Shown here piece by piece: positions 1 to 13,600 of a DNA stretch of 64,000 bases. Under the pieces are notes generated by a model. That model was not told the DNA's origin. It saw only the letters and a program-made list of their open reading frames with translations, and ran no database searches. Location: assembly GCA_001949185.1 (NCBI GenBank), contig BDGG01000005.1:558001-622000 (forward strand), in the 5' to 3' direction. The stretch is from Ramazzottius varieornatus (taxonomy: Eukaryota; Animalia; Tardigrada). The number at the start of each line of letters is the position of its first letter. Within the stretch, counting starts at the first letter, position 1. The position numbers and the translations under genes were made by a program.

Positions 1-740
1 AATCCAGTCAGTAGATCCGTCGGCGTTCACGGGATCCAGCATCTGCCGTTCAAATTCTTCGTTGCAGTCCCCACTTTCCGTAGGCGAATCCGGAGACATG
101 GGGCTAAAAACAATAAGGAAAAAGATGTCTGGCATCGAAATTGAACTCGAAATACTTTTTGGCGAAGCGTTACAGGACGACTACCTGCTACGCTTGCTTT
201 GGTAGAGGCTCTGTCGAGCAGAGTTTTGCAGCGACTCCTTCTGGGCATCGAACAGCAAACGTTCCATGCTCGCGGATTTCTTGGCCTGTGTGGAGTTGTA
301 CTGAGCAGTGGACACCAGCATGGTCTCTTCCGTTTCACGTCCAGATGCCGAGGGGACAGAAAGGACTTCCCATGATTCAGTGGATTCTGCAGAATGGTAA
401 AGGTCCTTTTAAAGTTTGTAAACAGTGAGTTCAAAGAGTGAGCATAACAATAATTCATTCATTCTGCTCGTCTGGATCACGACCAGAAGGTTCATCGCTT
501 CTTTCCAGGATTCCGAGCTTATCATCTCTCCACTTATGCTGTGCGGAAGTTTAATTACAGGCACTAGTTTCTAAACCTTCGGATTCCACCTTCGTTTTCA
601 GATCAACGAGCAACTCTCGCACGAAAAAACAGACGCTATAATAATCATTGCTGTGCTAATAATATCTCGATGGGTTTCTTCGAGTCCCGCTTACCTCTCA
701 TTCGATCCATTTCTGGAGAGGTAGGATGAGATTTCTCCAT
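1..740 (-). CDS. BNIP3: BNIP3/NIX-family mitophagy receptor, 5' part (gene continues beyond left edge); exons 740-695, 386-185, 103-1
   Basis: Spliced translation with consistent GT-AG phases: MEKSHPTSPEMDRMR|ESTESWEVLSVP...SMERLLFDAQKESLQNSARQSLYQSKRS|SPMSPDSPTES...DGSTDWI. It matches BNIP3 hallmarks: S-W-x-x-L LIR, MEK/RxLxDAQxES block, and the start of the DWIWDWSSRP motif at the window edge. Not present in the supplied ORF track. Confidence 0.85.
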
Positions 741-1351
741 GGATCGCTTGGCTAGCTGGTCCCCACACTTACAGATGATAGCCGAAGGTTGAAGGATTTG
801 CAAAGGAGGTAATTTGATCGATAAGGTCAAATCGAATATCAAATCGAAAGAAGTTTCTCCATTCGAACGCAGTGTTTGTGTTTTTGAATGAGCTTTGTTT
901 TGATTTTTCGAGCAAGTAATCGATCGGTCGGGAGAGCAAGTATGTGATTGGCTCAACCATGCGCATTGTGCGGAACCACTAGGGTAGCAAAGATATAAAT
1001 CAATCTGTGATGTGGTGGATTTGGCAACAGCTGTGCACGTCTTCCACCACGCGCAACGTGTATTAGACACGCCGTTTTTGTCATGAAAGATTTGGGTCAG
1101 GAAGTACTATACCTCTAGTGCCGACACAGAACATACTGTAGTAACTGTAGTTGCTACCATAGATCTACGTTGCTACTTCCCACGAGTGGGATTCGTCCTG
1201 CGGCTTCTGCTTCGTTCTTCCGGGGTACGTTGGCCACTTATTAGTCCTGCGACTAGCATCTTGCATACCCTCGCGTTCACCCCTGTTGCGGGATACTGTT
1301 GGATATCACCTTGGTGGGATGCGACGCGCGTAACTAACTGAACCACTCGCC
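741..1351. promoter_or_regulatory. Bidirectional promoter/5' UTR region shared by BNIP3 (-) and Hem (+)
   Basis: The start codons face away from each other 611 bp apart (740 on -, 1352 on +). Four RCGTG cores lie at 1036-1072. Confidence 0.6.
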
Positions 1352-4300
1352 ATGGCTCGAGCTCTCATTCCGGGACATCAGAAGCTAGCGGAGAAGCTAA
1401 CCATCTTAAACGATCGCGCTCAGGGAATGCTAACTCGCTTATACAATATCCGAAAGGTATGGTATTGAACGTGCAGCGTATTTCATATTCCCGTTCTCGG
1501 TACAGGTAGCGTTTCATTCCGCTGTGTTACAGGCCTGCCTGGATCCGGAATCCAAACCAAAGTTTCTACAGGACAAGCAACTGGAAGCAGCAATCCGTCA
1601 TATAGAAAAGAAGTTTCCAGCAATCAATGCAAAGTCGAGTGGGGTAAGACTTGCTGCGTCCAGTGTTGTATGCACGTAGCAGCTTCTCTAGTGTCTCTGA
1701 TTCAGAGCGTGTTTGGGTACTTGGGACAAATTCGAGCGGAAGTATCGAAGAACCTATCGATTTACTACGATACCTTCGTGGACATTCTCGAATTCAAAGA
1801 CCATGTCAGCGAGCTTCTTACGACCATGGATGCCTGTCAGCTGATACTGGACATAGTAAGAAATCTCCTGAATGAAATTGACGTGTTTTGAATCACTGGT
1901 GCTATCAGTCTACTATTTGTTTTACAGACTTGCAATCACGATGTCACCACTCGGTACTTGGAGCTGGTTACAAAGTATGTCTCGCTGATGATCCTTCTGT
2001 CCAGAATTGACGACAGGAAGGCAATGCTCGGTCTGTACACAGCAGTACACGAGCTCGCTAATGGCGTCAGGTAAGACGACTGTAGCCGTTCTGGTAATAT
2101 TTTATTATGAAGTACATCGTTGGGGTGTGCAGTGTGATGATAAAGCTGTACCAGAAAGGAGGAGACAGTAGACTTGTCAATGTTTGTAGTGAGCCGCATT
2201 TTCCCCGTCTGGGCCAGTTGATTCTGGACTACGAAGTGCCCCTCCGGAAGCTGTGCGAGGATTTCGTCCCACATAGCCGAGTATTATAAGCGTACCCACC
2301 AGACTTCAATATTCCAGTCTACTGACGTACTCACTCTGTAGATTCTGTCGTCGGGGTTGCTATCACTGCAAAAAATCTATTCGCGCCGGAACCTCACTGC
2401 TGACCAGTGGCGGTCAGCTTCCTTGTTGAACCTCACTGGATCTCCGAACCATTTGTCCACGCCAGCCTTGACTGATACCGTAAGCTCGTGAGGCATATTC
2501 TATCACGTACTATACACTGAGCCCCGTAAGTATCTGTCCACCCTCGCCGGTATGGGCTTTTTGCCGCCTGAAGTACGCTGCGTCTCGCAGAGCTGCCCGT
2601 ATCTTCCGTTTTGGCTGACTAAACGACCCAAACTACGAAGTCTGGTACCTTTCATGAAAGTGGCTACCATTTGAAGGTAAACTGGCTGAAAAGATACCAA
2701 AGACAAAGCGTCTGCAGTAACCAATACCAAAAAAACAAGAAAACTTCCTGGTTGGCGTGTTAACGAAAACTTTTTACAGAGCTCCGAAAAATTCCCACAT
2801 GGGCTTGTTCGAAAGCCCGATGTTGACCCCATGTCACGATTACAAGCGCGTTCTGCTAGCTACTGTCTGACTTTCGCAACACGGAGCCGAAAACAAGGGT
2901 ATTTTCGAAGACGTTCGAATTATCGAAATCGCGTGAGAGTGAAGGAAGTTATGAATTTTGAATGAAAATATAGGGTGGACAGATACTTATGGGGCTCAGT
3001 GTACCTGTAGATGGCTGACCATTGCTGTGATCTTTCAGAGTGCCTGCGAGTACCTCAGTCTTGAAGTGGTCGAACGATGGATAGTAGGTAAGTCATTCGG
3101 CAAGCACCTTAGTTACCTTGAAGGAGTCAAGCCAGGTACCTTCGACCGCGGAAGGAATGATCATCTTCTTCGTTGTTTCCCTTCATAGTCGGGTTCACGT
3201 TGTGTCAGAGCGCATTGAGTACGCCCATCGGAATGGAGTTATGGTCGCAGGCCATGCACACCAGCTGGATCATAACGTTGTTCCGCGATGAAGTGATCCA
3301 CGTCCATTACTACTTGCAAGTCTACTTTGAGTCCGTAAAAGGACAGAACAAGCGTGTGAGTGAAATCAAAGACAGCCATGCCGTTGCACTTCAGTCCGCG
3401 TAAGTCCTAATTTAAGACTTTCCTTAATTAGTCATAACCCTGGTATACAGTGGCACTGAGCTAGTACCAATTTCTCAGAATACCGATCCATAAAGACCGG
3501 CGACTGTTCCTCCGGATCGCGCTGAGAGAGTTAAACCTGTTATTCACTGACCAGCCAGGACTGATGGGACCAAAGGTGACGAAGTCGTTGTTCCGACCCG
3601 GAAGTCGTAGTTGATGTACAGTTCTTTTTGACGCATACTAGGCTCTGTTGGCTCTGATGGCACTGTCTATGGCTCGCGATGAAATCTCATGGCTGGTGCG
3701 CCATTCGTACCATCAGGAACCAGCACAATTAGCCAAAGATAAGAAGCAGCGGACAATGGAGGATATGATCGACCGTCATCTGCCGGAATTGCTGTTCCTG
3801 ACGGAGCAACTACGAGGTAACTCGCTTTTCGTCCCGACTGAGCACAAATACAGTGTCGTAACGGAAAGGTGATCGTGGTTCTTTACGCCTAGAACTCATC
3901 AGACGGCATGGAAAAATTATTCAGACCTACCATATTCAGTACCTTGGAGGGTACGATGCCGGGCTCCTGAACGCATTAATGCAGAACGTCTCTGCGCTTC
4001 CGGAAGACGAGAATGCCATACTGTCTTCATTGTGCAACTCCTTGAGCGAACTCAACCGCCGAAAGAATAACAGTGACATCAACTGCGACACCGCCGACCT
4101 GAGAGATATTCGTTTGGACTGGTTCCGAGTACAGGTAAAGATTAGTCCATCATGCCAAAAGCACTTCCGGTCGTGTAGAAATTCTGATTAACTAAGTGGT
4201 CTTCTGCAGGCATCAGCGAGTTCTGTAGCACGAAACACGTTCATGCTCCAAGAACACAAAGAAATTGTGTGCCATCTGAACACCATTACCTACCATTCGA

Positions 4301-7233
4301 GACTGGTTGACGAGTTGGACGGACTGCTGGAAGAAGTGTCTGACCTGTCCCTGTTCTGGTGAGTGCCGTGCTGTGTTTTGCATTCGTATGATGGTCGAAA
4401 AAAGAATTATCGTGTTCTCTTGCAGCTTTTATATTTCGTTCTTCCAAGACCAGTTTTCCTTGTGCCTGGAGTTTCCTGCTCAGACTCGGTGAGTGAACAA
4501 GGAAGTAACTGACTTTGAGTTATCGACTGGCAGTTTCAGTCGAGTTCTTCGTAGGTACATCATTGCCTTTCCGTTGATCTGTGGGCACTTTATGGCAGCT
4601 ACGCATGAGTTGTGTCCGGAGGAACGAGGCAGCTTGGGACACATCTCTATCAATGTAGCCCAGCACTTTCTCGAGGAAATGGGCAGAGAAGCCAAGAACA
4701 TCGTCTTCAGCATTTGCGATGAGCAATGTATGCTGGCGGACCATGTAAGATCATCCGAATGGTGCTTCTGTTCTGCTTACTGCTAACCGCTTCTTGGTTT
4801 TAGGTCCTACCGAAGCATGCTGCGTTCGCGCTGATTACCCAAGCTGCGTCTGAAAGGAAGACGAAGAAGCCGAAGGTTGCCGCCGTTCCGCCCAGCATGC
4901 CCATTCCTGGCCAAGAAAGCTACCGTCGAACTCGGGAAGAACTGACCACGTAAGGATCGATATGAAAAATGAGATCTACGCTAACGTCAGCAGCTTTTAT
5001 CTGTTCTCTCAGGTTCGACAAGTTGCACATGGCACTGACAGAGCTGTGCTACTCCATAAACTACAGCAACACCGTGGTGGTGTGGGAGCATATATTCTGC
5101 CCGAAAGAGTACATGCTGTCGCACATCGAAAGCTCTTTGGGAAAGTAAGCAAGTCTGACCAAGTACCTGCAGACTTTTGATGTCGGGTTTTGTTCGTTCT
5201 TGCCACAAGTCATTTACGATGTGACGGAATGGGCTGTTCCGTAGGGTATTCGTCGATATGCTCACAATGTTCGCACCGGATAACTACATCGTCAAGCCGT
5301 CAGAACTGCTGGTTTGGGTGCGGACTTACATGAACACTCTTCAAACGCTGGAAAACTATGGTGAGTCCGATGCGAGCTATGATAATGAATCGAGCCGGGT
5401 CGTTGTCGCAAGTGGTGCACGTTGTCTGCCAGTAGCGATATAAACGTGCGCCATGTGAAATAACGAGCGGATTCAGTTCATCTACCGGTCTTGCAGACAG
5501 TTGTCAGTCGAATGGACAGATTTTGATGGTCGGTTCTCCTTACAGTTCAAATCGACATGTCTCGGGTGTTTAACACTATCATGCTGCAGCAGACGCAGCC
5601 AGCGGATAGTCTCGGCCAGAAGACCATTACAGCGCTGTATACCACCTGGTACCTGGACACCCTACTAAGGCGAGTCAGCTCCGGTCATGTCGTCTTCTCG
5701 CCACTACAGAAGGCCTTCGTGACAGTCCAGCATGAACCAGGAACTCAACCAAAGCCAGAAGACTACGCGAACCTTGTAGAACTGAGAGCTCTGGCTGAAA
5801 TCATTGGGCCGTATGGGATGAAATACTTTTACGAAACGATCACATGGAATGTGGCGAGCCAAATTGGCGAACTGAAGGTACGATCAGACCATTTTCGATG
5901 ATATCTACCCGCACTTATATTGTTTGTTTGATCCTGTAGAAAATTGTCCTCCAGAATAGCGTTGTGCTAATGGAACTGCGGACGAGCTTTGACAAGCCGG
6001 AAAGCATGCGAGAACTTGCACGTAAACTCCAAAGTAAGTCGGTTTCCGGTTGGTGCACTTGGTCGTGTGTCTGGTCTGCTGGTGGCTTGGTGGTGAGTCT
6101 ATCGCTTATCTAACCTACATGTATTCTTCTTCCTGCTTGATAGAGGCTAAAGCTGATCACGGTAATTCTTCGCTAGCAACCTGTGCTTTGTGATAAATCA
6201 TTGATGTTCATGAAGCTCATTGAACAACTTGGTAATATCGTTTCGTGATTGCTTCATCTACAGATGCGGATAGTCTACTGCATAGGATGATAGTGATCGG
6301 CACCTTGCTGCAGTTCCGGTCATTGTGTCAAGAGCCGCTGAACGATGTAGGTCTTTTTGGTTGTCTTTTCCAAATGTTTGTAGTGAAAGCAAATTCTCTT
6401 CAGACTGTGAAACAGCATGTACCACATCTGTACAGTAGCGTGGAGGATTTCAAAGATTTCAATCAAAGCGGAGATGCGATGATGGTATGGGCGAGTTCAT
6501 TCATCTTTTCCGTTTCTTTACCGGTGGGCGAATTATGGTTGAATGTTTTTCTTGTAGCTGATCAATGAAATGCTGATTTCGGTTGGATTAGAGCCTAAGG
6601 TGGACGCTATCCTGATTAATGCCATCAGGGCCCAAAAGAATGAGAAGAAAGGTGAGTCGACATGTTTATTCGGTAAACCTGTTACTCATTCGCTATATTG
6701 TAAATGTGTTTCCATGTCTGAGGTTTCTCGTTCATTAGAAACTGTATCGGAGGAAGATTACCAGTTCTCGTGTCTGCTGATGGTGTTCCTGGCGGTCTCG
6801 CTGCCTCGTCTAGCCAGGCTGGACGAGGCAGCTTTCAACGTAGCGCTGGAAGCCCACGTCAATAACATGCATTGCTTGGGCAAGGCTGTCAACACTGTCC
6901 TTGGTGAGAGAAAATTTCCATCCGCATTTCTTTCGCGATACATTGTGGAACGTGTTGTCTTTAGGTGCTCTGTTTCACCTGTGCGATCGAGGCGACACTG
7001 CCGACAGGCTTCGCGAGTTCTTGGCTCTTGCGTCTTCCAGTCTCTTGCGTCTAGCCACGGAACAGGACCGAGAGGCCATTAAAAACCGAGACTCCACTTA
7101 CTTGTTACTAGAATACATTGTCAAAGAATCACCCTACCTAACCCAAGATCTCTTTGAGGCATGTTTTCCGCAAGCTTTGTACCGCACAGCCTATCAAGCT
7201 GTACACCGCATCGACCGTCATCTAGCCGTGTGA
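1352..7233 (+). CDS. Hem: Hem/NCKAP1 (Nap1, Kette), WAVE regulatory complex subunit; multi-exon
   Basis: Exon 1 (1352-1456) [35 protein letters not shown]. Later exons carry [48 protein letters not shown]-like [50 protein letters not shown] and [15 protein letters not shown]. Stop TGA at 7231-7233. Confidence 0.95.
5381..5486. mobile_element. Palindromic MITE-like element, copy 1 (Hem intron; diverged)
   Basis: caagtggtgcac...gtgcgccatgtg core with flanking arms. Confidence 0.6.
6144..6161 (+). other. Candidate 18-nt alternative microexon in Hem (adds KAKADH)
   Basis: ctaac branch point (6110-6114), pyrimidine tract, tgc, then tag|AGGCTAAAGCTGATCACG|gtaatt. It is phase 1 to phase 1 and sits in an otherwise oversized intron (6034-6263). 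Confidence 0.6.
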
Positions 7234-7609
7234 TGTTACGTTTGACTTCCTTGTTCCTTTTTTTGTAATTTTCTAATCGGATTTTGTTTCCAGTTTTAAT
7301 TCTTCTGTTGTCACTTTCTTGTTTGACTCCGTTTTTTATCACAGAACAATAATATAAATATTTGAAACTTCCTCGGGAGTGTCCGGCATTGTACATCCAT
7401 TCATTTGACTAGAGAGAAGTTAATCATCAAAAAATCTGATTACACACGTTGCAGTTCAAAACACTGCCAAACAACAAACATAAAAAAACCAGAGAGGTAG
7501 GTTTTGTTAACAGATGAAAGCTTTGTCTTTTGGAGCGATTTGAGCGTTGAAGAGTCTAGCTGCATTGCATACTGCATCTCTTCCGTCTTTGGGCAAGTGA
7601 AGTGAGGCA

Positions 7610-10600
7610 TTACATTTCAATGTTTTCTTCCTTTTCTTCTATTATCACACCATTGAGAGGAAACTGTACATTTGAAGAGCAAGTGTGGCAGTCCGCCGGA
7701 ATCTGCGAATGTCGCTTGGTCCGTACGTTGGCAGACGAAGCACCTCCGTTGCGCACTGACGGCCAGCAGGGAAATACCTTGAAAAAGCGGTCCCGCGCCG
7801 TGTCACGGTTACCCACTGACGACTGCACAGAGTCCCGGTTTACTTGCATGTATCTCGTAAGGTGCGATGAAGAAAGGGAACTGACCCGTCGATTGGCGCT
7901 CCGTATGGTCTCGCGCTGCAGAGCCTGTCTTTGACACGCAGTTTTCAGCGCCTCTTGTACCTGATGAAACCAAAAGCAAGATACAGTTTCGTGAAGCTGA
8001 CCTGACGCAAACTACGATCAGGATCGTTTGATGGTAAGCTGGATTCTAGTTTCTTTTTGCTATCCATATGAGAGCTCGGCAGATAAATTCGATAAGATTG
8101 TTGTTCCAACTGGCGCACGCTTTCAGCCACTGACACTGTCAACATGCGCCACTTGGAAAACGAATCTTGTCGCTTTTCTCTGCCGAGCTCTGATACTTTT
8201 GAAATATCCTGATATTGATTGTTAATTGTCATTATGTCGTTACCTCGCTATTTAGGAAGCAATAGATCAAGGCCACGAAGAAGCCCTCGAAGGACCTTAG
8301 GAAATGTGAGACGTACATCCAAGCGGCGAACCACGCGAAGGGTGAGTTGAAGTCTGTAGGTGGCGGTATCGCCCATATCAGGTGTGTCACGCCCATCAGC
8401 GGCGCCAGTACGATTGTCGCCTTGACGGCTTTCCTGTAAATAAAGTTCCGAATAGCATACGTTGCACGGATATCGAGAGGAAAATACCCTCGTACCTGAT
8501 TTGTACTGTATCGGACTGATGAGAGTCTCTCAGTTTGGTCAGCAGCACTCTGATGATATTGAAGAGGAAAATGATGTTGATCGCGATGAAGCAGAGCCGC
8601 GGTATTTCGATAATATTGTAGAAGTTGGACTCATTGTGTTGGTACCAGCAGTTGTCTTCGTTAGTGCGATTTCGCTTAACGAAGCGCTCGTGGAGCCAAA
8701 CAAACTCAATGACGGGCGCCCAAGCTGCCACCAGTAGTGCCGGGAAACCTAAAAGAAAGGAAGAAAGCAAACATCATGGCACAGCTCGAGGATTAATAGC
8801 TCCTTGCCCAGCAGAGTGCTGATTATCAGCAAGGACGTTAAGCTCGGACTTGGGAAATGGCATGTCGCAAGTAACACTTAATGGCTTTCTCAATTACACA
8901 CACTCACCCCATCCGATGGCAGAATATAGCCAATAATTAGGTTTCGATGCTTGGAAAACCTTCCAGGCCACAACATTGTGCATGTAACTGTAACCAACAG
9001 ATAGGGTCAGTCATCAGAAGGGAAAATTCGCTCAGGCGGAACTCCTGATCGATATTCACTTACAGTCCTTCCAGAAACATCCACATGAACATTGCCGTCT
9101 GCAAAAGTTCAAAGTACCGTGTTAGACAGAAAAACACGATGTTTCCGCGGGCTATGTACTCCAAAAAGTTTCAACATACCCTTGCGTACTCTATCAGCAC
9201 TATGAGCATCTCGCACAGGTGGCGCTGCAAGCATAAACAAAAAATGTAAAACCAGACATTGAAATGGTTTTATAATACATCTTATCGAAGTAGTATTTCC
9301 TGCGGAATGTTAACGAAAGTTGCTCAAATCTTTCAAAAGATTAGTATTGGAAGTTGTTGGGTGGAAAAGACTGAGAGATTATTTTGGGACAAACGACAAC
9401 AAAGTCGAGCTTGTTTACAAAATAAGTTTGGAACTTGAACGTGGACGATTGGCAAGCGTCAAAGAAAGCTCGGGCATGTGAGGGGGCTTTGCGTGTCAGT
9501 TGGATGAGGCTGGCTTCCTGTCGTTGGGAGCGTTGGACAAGTAAGCTATGATTAGAAGCTAACTGAGCCGGCAGCTAAAGTTGATACTTACCGTCGTGCG
9601 TAAACTGCCAGTATCCCGAGTGTTGGAGCTAGTGACGTAGCCCGAAATATATTGATCCGAGATCTCTATCGTCTTGCAAAAGGTCATGACGGCAATAGTA
9701 CAAAACAGATGGACGTGGATGGTCGTACGAGAATTCCTCAAACTCCTGTAAGAAACAAAGCCTTGCTTCAGCTCTTCGGAAGAAATGTCTCAGAAAAGTT
9801 TTACTCACCGGAAGTATCGGAATATAAACAACGATACGAGGACGCAGACCAGCGACAGTGGATCTAGAAACGACAATAAACGGTTTTATTGATTGGGTCG
9901 ACAATCTTTGTGTCAATGTAAAGCTGGCGTGAGAGTTGGGACGACTACTGTCTTACAGCCTGCCATTTCAATTGCCCTCGACTTAATCAAGACGGCGAAG
10001 CGTTCAGTAGTGTCATTGGAATTTCCGATAAACGTATCAAGCATGACCCTTGTTTCTTCCTGTGGGAACAAAACATGATTAGACAGTGATCTTGAAAACG
10101 TGGAGGATCGATACTGTACGAGTAGATCTTGAAAGCGCATACCGTGTAACATCCTTCGTAGTCCGTGTACCCGGCTGGATTGCCTTCTGTTTGGCGGCTC
10201 CATTGTCCGTCAATCTCACACGTTTTCATGGCATATTCTGTAGAAGAAAACAGTAACTCTTTCAGTCATCCAAAGGCAGCACTTCCTTCCACAAACACCA
10301 AAATTTTCTGACAGCCCGAAACAAATTGTGGGAGCCGGCCAAACAGAACGTACAAATCTGCCATCTTGAGTGGCGTACCCTTCCGGTTGAAAACCGTGAG
10401 AAAGCGCGCCACTTGCGGAAGTGATCTTGTACGTTTTGCTTGCCCAGCTCCCATATTATGGTGAGAAGCCTTAGTTACTTTTTTGCGATATTGAGGTTTT
10501 TGCGGATCTGTTATTGAATGATTTTCTTCCTGACTATCAGATTATTGGCAAAGACTTTTTCTTCCTCGTTCTCTGGAGGGTGGTGTATGTGTCATCCAGG

Positions 10601-13600
10601 GCTACATAGAGTAGCTCGAGTGTCTTCAAGGCGTCAGAACTGGCAAATGTGGATTGGCATTGAATTAATTTGCTAGTGTGGCTCGTGTCACCCGGCTGGG
10701 ATCAGAGTCCCCTCCAGAGCATGACGTCAGAGAACTAACTATTAGTGGGGAGAAAAGCTTGACTCGCTCTTGTGATCGGTCGACAATTGGCAAATCGATT
10801 TACGCAGTCCAGCTCGCCGACACCGGAATGTATACTGGAGGCGTAATTTACTGCGCCCGCCATGTTAGAATGGTGATGGCTTGAGTGAAAGTTTGTATCA
10901 AGGCAGATGATATAGCTGAGTTTGATTTTGCTTGATGTGTGCGGTGATCGATAGCGACTTGCATGTCACATCGATCCCATCGATCGAGGGGAAGGAAAGG
11001 AATTGAGATTCGACTTTGTTCTTGGATGGAAGTTGCTGCTTCATACGCTACGCAATGTACTTTGCGATGCAATAAGATGTAACTGATGTGCAGCCATGCC
11101 GAGCATAAAGAAATCATTCACGGTGCGGGCAAACTTACTGGTAGGATCCACTCCTTGCATGCGCGGACACAGTTGCTGGATCGTCTCGCCGGGAGGCGCA
11201 GCTGGCCAACACAGAACTTCATCGGTGACGCCCGGGCACCAACCTACAAAAAAACCCAGAATGTATGTCATCATTTCTAATTTTGCGGAAGAAAGATCGT
11301 TAGTTAAGAAGGTCCGTCTCCCTGATATTCTTATCCCTGATGACGATAAGTTTTGAACAAGGCGTGGGCGCCTAACGTTGACGGAACGACGACAATTCGG
11401 GGAACCGGTGCACTGTCGACATTTCCTAGTTTTTTGGAAATTCCTCCTCGGGCCGTCCACCAATGGAAACGGTTTTATCAGTCTTGTAAGGTCGATTGTG
11501 GGGAAACAGTTTTTGGCTTCATCAGACTCGTTTATGGTACTTGAACAGTCTCTGATGACAGTGCGAGCGACCTGATAATGAGATTTGTGGAACTACATGG
11601 GAATTCCGTGGCAAAGGCGGAAGCGAGTCCATCTTCCGGGCTGCACGTCTCGACAAGATGCGCTGCCAATTAACCTTCTTTCGACCGATCTGCTATTCCC
11701 CCTGCTCTACTGTACTTCTTGTCAAATTGAAGACGATCAATCAAACCAAGCCTGCAGGAAACTGAGCCCGAAAGTAACTGAGATAAAAATAAGTTGATGA
11801 TTCAAGGAAAAGATGATGCTAATCGCACTGTGACGAACCGCGCTGTAAGTATTCGCATCGTTTCTTTTTCTCACCAATTACGCCCGACCAAACATCAAAA
11901 CAGTTTGTGTATGTGTCTGGTTAAATGAATTCGAAAACAGCTGCGTCATTCCCTAGCACAACCCAGGGCCCAACAGCAAAAATGTTTCCCCATTAAGCGC
12001 TCAATGTACACAGTTCGAGGGCCATTATTCCCAAAGAGACCGCCATATATTATCAAGTGCGACGACATTGCAACACAGTTCGCTAGCCAATTTTTCTACG
12101 GAATTTTGATATAATTGGCCAGAGTTGTTCGCCATCTGACTTTCGCTGTGTGCGCCCAGCATCCCTCGACACAGCTGAATACCACTGTACTCCATTCTAA
12201 TTAAACTAACCACGCTTCAGTTATCAACCCACGCTATACTTAGAATATCCTGGTACCCCCATATGGTAACAGCTCCCTTTCGAAAATACTAAAAGTGAAG
12301 CACCACACGTCCATATACAAATATTGACCGTCCACAAATGCGTTAACAATTAATGATATGTACTCCTTATACTGAGTCAACAAAAGAAAAGCATACCTGC
12401 TTCCTTCACCGATCGAAACTGTGGTCGATTCTTGGGCAGAAAAGACTGTTCTGTAAATGTTTCGTCGGGGGCGAACCGGCCTTTGAACCGACCGATAAGG
12501 TGTTACTATGAAAGTACGGGTAAATAATTGAAGATAAAGATCGTAAAGTTAAAGTACTAACTCAACGGTAAACTCAACGAGCGATGTCAATCAAAGAAAA
12601 ATGGTAGATCATAAATTAATCCATCATTTTGTATTGTGTGATGCCGCCATCAAAGTCGCATTGGCCGTCGTTTGTTTTTGCTACATGAAGCGCCACGCGC
12701 TTCATACTTAACTTAAGTTGATACACTATGTAAACTATGAGAGCACAGCTGTGGACCTTCTCAAATAACAACTCGACGCATCCGCGCCACTGTGAATATT
12801 ATCACAGGGAGGTATATTCCCTGTTAACCCATTAAGCAAAGACCTTGCTGTATCACGCTTACCTGGTTGTCCCAAAGCCTGGCCAATGCTCTCCAGGAAA
12901 GCCGTACAGCTTTCAGGAGTGCCTAAAGCCCAGGGTTGTGGGGGAATCATGACGACGGCAGCCGTGTGGACATTGCGAACCCGGCGCGGCAGCCAAGAAG
13001 ATTTATGGGATAACTCTGACGGTATGTTATTCTGTAGAGCGATGCGCGCGAGGGGAATGACAGTCAGATTGAGTGGAGCTGGCAAAAGAATTCCCCGCTT
13101 GCCGTCTGAGATTATCCCGGCTGAAGCCTACAGAAACACACGAGCAAAAGAATACATTAGCGGAGTTTGGCACGCAATGGCCGATGGTGGATGCCATCAG
13201 TGGCCCGATGCCGGCGATAGATCTGGCAAGCATAGCGTGCAACTAGCTCAATCAGGATTCTCAGGCCGGTGCTCAGGCTAGCCCGATTTTCTCGCTTTTC
13301 GGGCAACACCCAACACAAGCAGTTAACATCTCAAAAAGAGCACATGTAAGTCCCATGGATTAATCGTGGCCCGCATCAACGCAGGGAACATATGAAGTGA
13401 AGGGAAGAACCAGCACACATACAGGAAGCGCCTTCAGCATAGTCGTCTACGACAAACCTGCCTTCTTCTAAGCTGACGGCAATACACACTCCAATTCAAC
13501 CGTCACGCTCTTTCCAAAGGAACCACCAGTGAGCGGTACAGATAAAAACAGAAATTTCGCTGGCGTACTATGGACGGAAGATCAAAGCTCAAAGACATGG

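Noticed and set aside
27-458. 143-aa and 95-aa ORFs from the track, and most other 60-170 aa ORFs antisense to or out of frame with exons
   Set aside because: They are shadow frames of spliced genes (here BNIP3) or chance ORFs with no recognisable motifs.
11336-11572. Cys-containing open frame upstream of the PDFR hormone-binding exon
   Set aside because: It has no compatible donor or phase. Exon 13127-12863 joins the GWCP exon cleanly instead.
12397-12505. Possible cassette exon in PDFR (catag...gcag|gtatgc on the - strand)
   Set aside because: It is 109 nt, so it does not preserve frame between the flanking phase-1 junctions.
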